NCBI GenBank assembly: GCA_963735805.1
Contig: CAVTMK010000002.1
Coordinates: 800,001-864,000 of the forward strand
DNA length: 64,000 nucleotides
From: an uncultured Verrucomicrobiae bacterium
GTDB taxonomy: Bacteria; Verrucomicrobiota; Verrucomicrobiia; Chthoniobacterales; UBA10450
Direction: 5' to 3'
Both the position numbers and the translations under genes were made by a program. The first letter of the stretch is position 1; each line of letters begins with the position of its first letter. The notes below the pieces were generated by a model that saw nothing but the letters and a program-made list of their open reading frames with translations, ran no database searches and was not told the DNA's origin. Positions 29,657 to 36,997 of the stretch are shown here, piece by piece.

Positions 29657-30487
29657 CTAACCGGCCGGGGAAGTCGCAGGGGAGGGAGTAGGAGAAGGGG
29701 ATCGCGTAAAGCTTGGTGAAACGCTTCCGGTCGGTTGGGGACTTGGGTGAGACGGACGAGCCGACGCCATGCCAATCAATTCGGATACTGTGACGAATTT
29801 GAAGCCTTTGGCTTCGAGTTCATCGAAAGTGGACGGCATCGCTTCGATCGTTCCGGGGTGAATGTCGTGCGATAACACAATGGAACCGGGCCGAGTCTCT
29901 TTCAGAATGCGATTGCGAACGACAGCCGGGCCAGGTCGTTTCCAATCATTGGGATCAACGTCCCAAAGAATAATATCGTAGCCGAATTCGTCGTGAATCC
30001 ACCGTTTCTCGCGGGCTGTGATCGATCCATAAGGCGGCCGCATCAGCGTGGGACGCTTACCCGTGGCGTTCTTGATCGCGTCGTCGGTTTGCTGCAGTTG
30101 ACGTCGAACGCTTTCGTCCGACATCTTACCGAAATTGGGATGCGACCAGCTGTGACTTCCAATCTCGTGACCTTCCCGCGCCGCTCGCGCGACGATCTCG
30201 GGGTGTTCCGCAACGTTTTCGCCGATCACAAAGAACGTTGCCTTAATATGGTGGGCGGCCAGCAAATCGAGCAATTTTGGAGTTAACGTGGCGCTCGGTC
30301 CGTCGTCAAAGGTCATCGCGATGTAAGGGCCGTCGACGTGGACTGCGCTGAATGTGATGCCCGGTTCCTCCGGCGTCGCTCGACTCTCCCGAGCTGCGGC
30401 TCGCCCTGCTGGTGTTGGTTCCGCTCCCAGCCTAAGAACGATGCTGAACGCGGCGAAACAAAAGAACAGGAAGCGGTACACAGACAT
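29657..30487 (-). CDS. Polysaccharide deacetylase (CE4/NodB), exported
   Basis: TFDDGP, HSWSHP, RPPYG, DPNDW and LSHD motifs. Signal peptide and Pro/Ser tail. Confidence 0.92.
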   Translation of the reverse strand: MSVYRFLFFCFAAFSIVLRLGAEPTPAGRAAARESRATPEEPGITFSAVHVDGPYIAMTFDDGPSATLTPKLLDLLAAHHIKATFFVIGENVAEHPEIVARAAREGHEIGSHSWSHPNFGKMSDESVRRQLQQTDDAIKNATGKRPTLMRPPYGSITAREKRWIHDEFGYDIILWDVDPNDWKRPGPAVVRNRILKETRPGSIVLSHDIHPGTIEAMPSTFDELEAKGFKFVTVSELIGMASARPSHPSPQPTGSVSPSFTRSPSPTPSPATSPAG

Positions 30488-30607
30488 GAGCGCGAATCAA
30501 ACGCGTGTATCTAGCAGAGGCTGCCGGTTACGCAAGGCACGGCTCCCTCCCCCTGCGAGAAGCGACAAATCCGCAGGCGATTGGTCGCGGTTGAAATCAA
30601 TATGGAT

Positions 30608-31063
30608 TCAACCTTTCCGCAATTTCTGCAGCTGAGCGATGAATGCAGTCGGCCCATCGGGAAAGTACCCATCATACCGCCAGAGTTTTTGTCCGTCGGC
30701 GCTAAGGATCACAATCGTAGGAAAGCCCACAATCTCGTACTGCTGTGCAAGTTCGCGGTTCTGCTTTTTGAGTTCGGGCGTTTGAGGTTTGCCGCGCGGA
30801 AAGTCGAGTTCTACGACCACCAGATTGTCTCGCGCGAAGTCTTTGAACTCAGGCTGCAACAAGACCTCCTTGTCGAACTTTTTGCACCAGCCGCACCAAT
30901 CCGAGCCGGTAAAATCGAGCAACACGAATTTGTTATTATCCTTAGCCTCTTGCTGCGCCTTCTTGTAATCCGTGAGCCAGCCAGACTCCTCCGCACTAGC
31001 GAACGGCGCGGAGATAAAAACGGAGGCCGCCAGGGCGAACAGAAAAGAACGGTAGGTTTTCAC
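30608..31063 (-). CDS. Exported thioredoxin-family protein
   Basis: Signal peptide, FTGSDWCGWC, GFPT cis-Pro loop. Confidence 0.9.
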   Translation of the reverse strand: MKTYRSFLFALAASVFISAPFASAEESGWLTDYKKAQQEAKDNNKFVLLDFTGSDWCGWCKKFDKEVLLQPEFKDFARDNLVVVELDFPRGKPQTPELKKQNRELAQQYEIVGFPTIVILSADGQKLWRYDGYFPDGPTAFIAQLQKLRKG

Positions 31064-31145
31064 GTTATCACCCTCGATGGAAAAACGACTGAGCGCAAGA
31101 GTAGTACATCACCGCCAGCGCGGCAATTATTTGTTCAGGCCGCAA

Positions 31146-31173
31146 ATAGCCCGGCGCACGAACGCCGGGCTAT
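31146..31173 (-). terminator. Hairpin / probable terminator downstream of the SWIB gene
   Basis: Perfect 11-bp stem ATAGCCCGGCG / CGCCGGGCTAT with 6-nt loop. Only a short U tract. Confidence 0.6.
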
Positions 31174-31188
31174 AAACGGGTTCGCGAT

Positions 31189-31470
31189 CTACCGCAGATG
31201 CTTCGAGACGAGCTTGGTCATCTCGAACATACTCACCTGGCTCTTACCATTGAATACTGGCCGCAGTGAGTCGTCGGCGTTGATCATGGTGCGTTTCTTT
31301 TTATCCTGGCAACCGTGCTTCTTGATATAGTTCCAAAGCTTTTTGGTAAGCTCGGAGCGTGGTAGCGGTTGCGACCCGACAATGGCAGCAAGCTTATCGT
31401 CAGGCTGGACCGGTCTCATGAAGGCGGGATTCGGTTTGCGCTTGGAAGTTTTCTTTTTGGTTTTCGGCAT
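31189..31470 (-). CDS. Stand-alone SWIB/MDM2 domain protein
   Basis: AFMRPVQP..LAAIVG..PLPRSELTKKLWNYIKKHGCQD..INAD..VSMFEMTKLVSKHL. Lys-rich N-tail. Confidence 0.92.
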   Translation of the reverse strand: MPKTKKKTSKRKPNPAFMRPVQPDDKLAAIVGSQPLPRSELTKKLWNYIKKHGCQDKKKRTMINADDSLRPVFNGKSQVSMFEMTKLVSKHLR

Positions 31471-31531
31471 GGAGGCTGATTAACGTTTCGCTTGCGAGAG
31501 AGCAACACTAAATTTTAGGCAAACAAAAAAA

Positions 31532-32710
31532 TTATTCCCGGGCCAAACGGCGCACCGCCAGGACTGTGAGATCATCGGACAAAGAGTTTTCGGCTTTATT
31601 TGGAGCCGCTTGCGCCAAAATTCTATTTAGAAACGCTTCTGCAGTCGGCCCGGAGGGATCAAGCATTTTTTCCAACTGCTCCGGCGTCAGACGGCGCCGC
31701 TCCTTTTTAGACCAGCCGAACAAGCCGTCTGTATACATAAGGAAGGCGTCCCCTGCCTCAAAATTGAGTGTGGTTTCCACATAATCGGGATGTTCGACTA
31801 GACCCAAGGGAGGCGCGACCGATGCGATTGACTCCGTTGCACCATCGCGGCGAACGATAAGAAGCGGCGGATGCCCCGCGCCCACGATGTTTGCGTTCCC
31901 AGTCACGTGATTAAGGGCGACGCACATGGCCGTCATGAAAGAGCGGCCGCCAAAAATGCTGCGAAAGTCCTTGTTAACTGCTTCCATCACACGAGCTGGC
32001 GTGTCCTGTTCCGCACTGCCCTGATGGAAGATAAGCTTTGCCAGGGTGGTAAACAGCGCAGCTGCCGCCCCGTGACCGGAGCCGTCGGCAATCCAGAACA
32101 AAATTCTGCCATCTTTCATTCGCACCCAGCCGTAGATATCGCCGCCAACCTGGATGAGCGGGCGGTAATAGGCTGCAATCTCCCAGCCAGGCATCGTCAA
32201 AGGCTTTTGCGGGATCAGCGATTGCTGTGTAATACGTGCTGCCGCCAGATCGCGCTCGAGATCGCGGCGCCATCGTTCAAGTTCTTGATTTTGCTTCTCT
32301 AATTGCCGCCTCATGGAGCGGAGACGAAGCTGAGTCTCGATTCTCGCACGCAACACCGCCGCATTAACTGGTTTTGTCACAAAATCATCCGCGCCAGCTT
32401 GCAAACAGGAGATTTCGCTTTCCTCGCTTCCGTGCGCGGTCAACATAATTGCCGGCACCTGCGCGACTGTATGGTGCTCATCCGAGCGAAGCTCTTTTAG
32501 CACTTCGGCTCCATTAGGTCCCGGCATGTCGAAGTCTAGTAGTAAAAGCGAAGGCGGATTTGCGTGAATCATCTTCAGCGCTTCGTCGCCATTCCCGCAC
32601 GCTTGGCAGTTGTAACCGGCAGACGTGAGCACTTGTCCCAGGATTTTGCGGCTCAAAGCGTCATCATCAACTATAAGGATTTCCGCATGGGAATTATTCG
32701 TTGTCGACAT
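31532..32710 (-). CDS. Response regulator receiver + PP2C/SpoIIE phosphatase (RsbU/RsbP-like)
   Basis: ILIVDDD, LLDFDMP, FVTKP, then VGGDIY, IADGSGHG, YTDGL and DDLT. Confidence 0.9.
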   Translation of the reverse strand: MSTTNNSHAEILIVDDDALSRKILGQVLTSAGYNCQACGNGDEALKMIHANPPSLLLLDFDMPGPNGAEVLKELRSDEHHTVAQVPAIMLTAHGSEESEISCLQAGADDFVTKPVNAAVLRARIETQLRLRSMRRQLEKQNQELERWRRDLERDLAAARITQQSLIPQKPLTMPGWEIAAYYRPLIQVGGDIYGWVRMKDGRILFWIADGSGHGAAAALFTTLAKLIFHQGSAEQDTPARVMEAVNKDFRSIFGGRSFMTAMCVALNHVTGNANIVGAGHPPLLIVRRDGATESIASVAPPLGLVEHPDYVETTLNFEAGDAFLMYTDGLFGWSKKERRRLTPEQLEKMLDPSGPTAEAFLNRILAQAAPNKAENSLSDDLTVLAVRRLARE

Positions 32711-32807
32711 CTCTATCTTGGAATCGGATGAAAGACAAACCGTCATTGTATCTACAGCACTTTTTGCGGAAACATCGCTAAGTGTGAACAAAAAAGCGAT
32801 TTAATGA

Positions 32808-32836
32808 TTGGCAACGACTCGGACTGCGGATACGAT
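32808..32836 (+). promoter_or_regulatory. Sigma70-like promoter for the downstream lipoprotein
   Basis: TTGGCA-N17-TACGAT, 20 nt upstream of ATG 32857. Confidence 0.35.
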
Positions 32837-32856
32837 TTCAGACAGTACTTCCATTT

Positions 32857-33249
32857 ATGAAATTCTCATTGTCGCTTGCTCTGTTTACGGCTTTCTTTGT
32901 CGCCTCATGCAGCGAGGAGCCGCCACCGCCACCTTCCCGGCATCGGGTCGCTAGTTATCCCCCCACTCAGACCGAGCAATACCCGCCACCGCAACAGCCA
33001 TTTAATCCCAATGGCCCTGTTCAACCCACAGGTACGCCGCCAGTGGAGACCGCACCAGCTCCGCCTCCTCCGACGGCCGCGCCCACGAAGGTCGCAAAGG
33101 GCGATTATCCGTACGGGATTCCCGTTCCTGGCAAGCCGCATCTGGTAGAGAGTCCATATTCACCTGGCAAATATATCGATGTGGAAGGATTCCCTCCGGG
33201 AACGGAAGTCAAGGACCCTTACACGGACAAAATCTTTCTTGTTCCGTAA
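32857..33249 (+). CDS. Pro-rich lipoprotein with conserved C-terminal ...KDPYTDKIFLVP domain
   Basis: Lipobox VAS-C, Pro-rich linker. C-terminal domain is paralogous to 7331-7903. Confidence 0.8.
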   Translation: MKFSLSLALFTAFFVASCSEEPPPPPSRHRVASYPPTQTEQYPPPQQPFNPNGPVQPTGTPPVETAPAPPPPTAAPTKVAKGDYPYGIPVPGKPHLVESPYSPGKYIDVEGFPPGTEVKDPYTDKIFLVP

Positions 33250-33367
33250 CAGATTGCCTTGAGGCTCTTCCAAGCTGATGCTGGTATAGGGTGCTGAATT
33301 AGCGCAGCACCTGTAATTTTCATCGAGCGCACGGCATTAAGTATCCACTAACGTTTCCTTTCATTTT

Positions 33368-34723
33368 ATGGAGTTACGGGTAAAACGGGCACCGCGAATT
33401 GACATTGAAATTACTGTACCAGGCGACAAGAGCATTTCACATCGCGCAGTAATCATCGCTGCCTTGTCGAATGGAGTGTGCACTCTGCATGGATTTCTTC
33501 CCAGCCAAGATTGTATGCACACAGTGAACGCAATGCGGGCCCTCGGGATCAGGATCGAACAGCCTGAGCCCGATATATTGGTCGTTCACGGGAAAAAGCG
33601 CGTTCTTACGCCACCCAAGAGTGAAATCAATTGCGGGAATTCCGGTACGACCATGCGTCTTCTCACCGGGCTCCTTGCAGGGCAAACATTTGAAAGTCGG
33701 CTGGTGGCCGATGCCGGCCTATCAAAACGTCCCATGGAGCGCGTCATAACGCCGCTTCGCCAGATGGGCGCAAATATTGTTGCCGAAGGTCCGGAAGAGA
33801 CACCGCCGCTGCGTATTCAGGGCGGTTCCTTGCGAGGCATTCGTTATCGACCGGCTGTTGCAAGCGCCCAGGTGAAAGGTGCATTGCTGCTAGCTGGCCT
33901 CTTTGCCAAGGGCAAGACCACAGTCATCGAACCGGCACCAACTCGGAATCATATGGAAATGATGTTTGATTATTTCCTTGTTCGAATCGCGGCGGATGCG
34001 AACGGCAGCGTCACGATATTTGGCGACCAGGTACCGGAGTCGCGCGACTTCGCCATTCCGGGCGACATATCTTCCGCAGCGTTTTGGTTGGTTGCCGCTG
34101 CGGCGCAGCGCCGCGGTCATCTGCTCATTCGTGATGTTGGCTTAAACCACACGCGAACGGCTTTACTCGGTGTTTTGCTTCGCATGGGTGCGCAAGTGCG
34201 CGAGGCAATTGAGGACATCGATCAAGTCGAACCGTATGGAATTGTTGAAGTCACCGGTTTCCCGCTTAAAGGCACCGTCATTCAGGGTAAAGAAGTGCCG
34301 CAGCTTATTGATGAATTGCCGATCCTCGCAGTCGCCGGCGCTCTTGCAGACGGCAAGACCGTTATTCGTCACGCAGAAGAACTGCGCGTAAAGGAAAGTG
34401 ATCGCATCGCCGCAATCGCTCACAACCTCAGCGCCATGGGCGCGAAAGTATCTGAGCTGAACGATGGCCTTGAGATTCTTGGTCCGGCCCCCCTACACGG
34501 AACGCGCGTGCCGAGTTTTGGCGACCATCGTATCGCGATGGCGTTTGCTATAGCGGGTCTCTTCGCCGATGGCGAAACCATCGTTCAAGACGCTGAATGT
34601 ATTCGCGAATCTTATCCCGGGTTTGAAGCTGTGCTTGAAGAATTTACAAATCCCAAACGGATGCAGGTCAGCACGCCGGTAATCGGTTCCCTCACTCCCG
34701 GACCCGTCGAGGAAGAAGCATGA
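33368..34723 (+). CDS. aroA: 3-phosphoshikimate 1-carboxyvinyltransferase
   Basis: PGDKSISHRA, CGNSGTTMRL, SAQVK, IDELP, RVKESDRI, DHRIAM. Confidence 0.97.
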   Translation: MELRVKRAPRIDIEITVPGDKSISHRAVIIAALSNGVCTLHGFLPSQDCMHTVNAMRALGIRIEQPEPDILVVHGKKRVLTPPKSEINCGNSGTTMRLLTGLLAGQTFESRLVADAGLSKRPMERVITPLRQMGANIVAEGPEETPPLRIQGGSLRGIRYRPAVASAQVKGALLLAGLFAKGKTTVIEPAPTRNHMEMMFDYFLVRIAADANGSVTIFGDQVPESRDFAIPGDISSAAFWLVAAAAQRRGHLLIRDVGLNHTRTALLGVLLRMGAQVREAIEDIDQVEPYGIVEVTGFPLKGTVIQGKEVPQLIDELPILAVAGALADGKTVIRHAEELRVKESDRIAAIAHNLSAMGAKVSELNDGLEILGPAPLHGTRVPSFGDHRIAMAFAIAGLFADGETIVQDAECIRESYPGFEAVLEEFTNPKRMQVSTPVIGSLTPGPVEEEA

Positions 34724-34799
34724 TTCCTGAAACGTTCCTCGTAGGCGTTAAGTGAGTGGCAGCTTGCCCGGCAGCTTTTGGCCGCGCTAATTTCCACGC

Positions 34800-35456
34800 A
34801 TGCAGGAACAGTTTCAGAGGGTAGTTGCCATTGATGGCCCAGCGGCCTCTGGGAAGAGCAGTGTTGCGCAAGAGCTCTCTCGGCGACTGGGTTTTGTTTA
34901 CGTCAATTCCGGCGCCATTTATCGAGCAATTACCTGGGACATCTTGCAAAAGAGAATCGATCCTGAAGATAGCGGGCGTATCACGAAAGCCCTTCAATCA
35001 GTCGCCATCACAGGCGCTCTGCAGGATAATGAGTTGCGCGTTGTGATTGATGGCGTGGATCCGGCAGACCACTTGCGTGATGATTGCGTAAATGAAAGCG
35101 TTGCACGCGTCAGTCAGGTCCCTGAAGTTCGCCAAATTGTTGCAGAGAAACTACACAGGGACGCGCACAATTATAACCTGATCGTGGAAGGGCGAGATAT
35201 TGGATCAGTCGTTTTTCCAGACACACCCTACAAATTTTACGTTGATGCTTCTCCTCATGTGCGCTTGCAGCGTCGCGCGGCACAGGGAGGCCGGGATGAA
35301 ATCGCGCAGCGCGATCGCGCGGATTCTTCACGCCCCGTGTCGCCGCTCGTCATCGCGAAAGATGCATGCGTTATTGATACTTCGGAGCTTACAATTGACC
35401 AAGTGGTCAGTCAGATCATCGCACGGCTAAAGCAACTGGGACTCTCAATCCCCTAG
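34800..35456 (+). CDS. cmk: Cytidylate kinase
   Basis: AIDGPAASGKSS, SGAIYR, EGRDIGSVVFP, RDRADSSR. Confidence 0.95.
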   Translation: MQEQFQRVVAIDGPAASGKSSVAQELSRRLGFVYVNSGAIYRAITWDILQKRIDPEDSGRITKALQSVAITGALQDNELRVVIDGVDPADHLRDDCVNESVARVSQVPEVRQIVAEKLHRDAHNYNLIVEGRDIGSVVFPDTPYKFYVDASPHVRLQRRAAQGGRDEIAQRDRADSSRPVSPLVIAKDACVIDTSELTIDQVVSQIIARLKQLGLSIP

Positions 35457-35499
35457 TGATCCAAACGATTCGTAGCTCCAACAGTTCAACTTCTCAACG

Positions 35500-36114
35500 A
35501 TGAACGCTTATTACTGCCTTGGCTATCATCTTAGTCGTCTTGTTGGCCGATTGTTCTTTCGCTTTCGTGTAATGCACCGGGAGCGCATGCTTCAGAGTGG
35601 CCCAGTCATTCTCGCCATGAACCATCAGAGTTACCTCGATCCGCCGCTTGCCGGCACTACTTGCGATCGGGCGATTTATTTTCTGGCACGGCGAACGTTA
35701 CTGGACGTGCCGCTCCTCGGCCGGCTTTTGCCAAAGCTCAACGTAATTCCGGTCAATCAAGAGGGGATCGACCGGAGCGCACTGAAGTCTTTGATTCGTG
35801 TTCTCAAAGATGGAAATGCAGCTCTTGTCTTCCCGGAAGGCTCGCGCACCATCGATGGTAGTTTGCAGCCGGCTGAGCCTGGATTGGGTCTCATAATTGC
35901 GAAAACACTGGCGCCAGTGGTGCCGATGCGAATCTTTGGTGCTCACGAGGCTCTCCCACGAACCGGCGGCGGCATACACTTTGTGCCCGTTACCATCGTG
36001 ATTGGAGAACCGCTTTTCTTTGCGGCTGCCGATCTAAATTCGTCGGGGAAGGGTCTTTACATGCGGCTAAGTCAGCGTGTCATGGATGCAATCGCGGCTT
36101 TACGCTTAAATTGA
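35500..36114 (+). CDS. plsC: 1-acyl-sn-glycerol-3-phosphate acyltransferase
   Basis: NHQSYLDPP and FPEGSR. Usual aroA-cmk-plsC order. Confidence 0.85.
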   Translation: MNAYYCLGYHLSRLVGRLFFRFRVMHRERMLQSGPVILAMNHQSYLDPPLAGTTCDRAIYFLARRTLLDVPLLGRLLPKLNVIPVNQEGIDRSALKSLIRVLKDGNAALVFPEGSRTIDGSLQPAEPGLGLIIAKTLAPVVPMRIFGAHEALPRTGGGIHFVPVTIVIGEPLFFAAADLNSSGKGLYMRLSQRVMDAIAALRLN

Positions 36115-36197
36115 TGTGCGCGTTATCCTCCTGTGTCGAATGAGGACGACCAACAGGGCTGCTTTGCACGCATAAGATCAGTATCGATACTTCGAAG

Positions 36198-36392
36198 ATG
36201 AATTCACCGCAGAAGCCCACCGAAAAGTCTCGATCGGCTCAAGTTCCAAAGAGTGCGGGTGTGCTTATGATCGTCGTCGTTGTGTTACTGGCGCTAGTGG
36301 CGGTGTTCGCCAATATCCAGCGCCTTCGCCGTGGCCAGATTGAAACGATTGTGGTGGTGCCAGCAAGTTCGACGACGCCGCAGCCGCGTTAA
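36198..36392 (+). CDS. Small single-TM hypothetical protein
   Basis: 64 aa with a hydrophobic core GVLMIVVVVLLALVAVFANI. Fills an intergenic gap. Confidence 0.5.
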   Translation: MNSPQKPTEKSRSAQVPKSAGVLMIVVVVLLALVAVFANIQRLRRGQIETIVVVPASSTTPQPR

Positions 36393-36465
36393 CTTTCATT
36401 TGACTAGCAGAGGCTCCCTCGGTTTGTTCGTCCGAATTAGCGGAATACGAAATACGACCTGTGAT

Positions 36466-36984
36466 ATGAAAAAACTCTTTGTCCTCTCGATTCTTGTTCC
36501 TTTGGCGATGGTTTGTTCCTGCCAAAAACAAGATGCAGCGGCTGAACAACAACTCACTCAGCGGAAAGCCGACTTGGATGCGCGGGAGAAAGCATTGGAC
36601 GACCGAGCGAAGGCATTGGGCGAAAGAGAAAAAGCGATAGCACGTGCGTCAACGCTGCGCAATTTGCAATCGCGAGCCCCAACAAGCGACACCTCTTCGA
36701 ATCCTCAGCCGTCTGCATCTATCCCTGCCGGCTTGTATCCGTCGGATAGCTCGCAGCTCAAAGCCAGTAGAGAAAGAAAAATGGACGAGATACGCGCTTT
36801 GAGGCAGCGCCGGCTGGAGGCAATCCAGAAAATGAGAACGCTTGGAGCACGAGCGAATCCTGGCACCACGAAGCCTGTGGACAGCGGCGCGTCTGCCGGC
36901 ACCAGCGGCTCTGCTGATACGAGCCCCTCTGCCACACCCGGAGAGGAAGCAACCTCACCATCGCCGTCGCCCACACCGCAGTAA
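36466..36984 (+). CDS. Putative lipoprotein with coiled coil and Ser/Pro tail
   Basis: ATG 36466, MKKLFVLSILVPLAMVCS-C lipobox-like signal, heptad repeats LDAREKALDDRAKALGEREK. Confidence 0.7.
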   Translation: MKKLFVLSILVPLAMVCSCQKQDAAAEQQLTQRKADLDAREKALDDRAKALGEREKAIARASTLRNLQSRAPTSDTSSNPQPSASIPAGLYPSDSSQLKASRERKMDEIRALRQRRLEAIQKMRTLGARANPGTTKPVDSGASAGTSGSADTSPSATPGEEATSPSPSPTPQ

Positions 36985-36997
36985 TTAACGGGTTGAA

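Noticed and set aside
30581..31330. 249-aa plus-strand ORF
   Set aside because: Antisense to the well-supported thioredoxin and SWIB genes.
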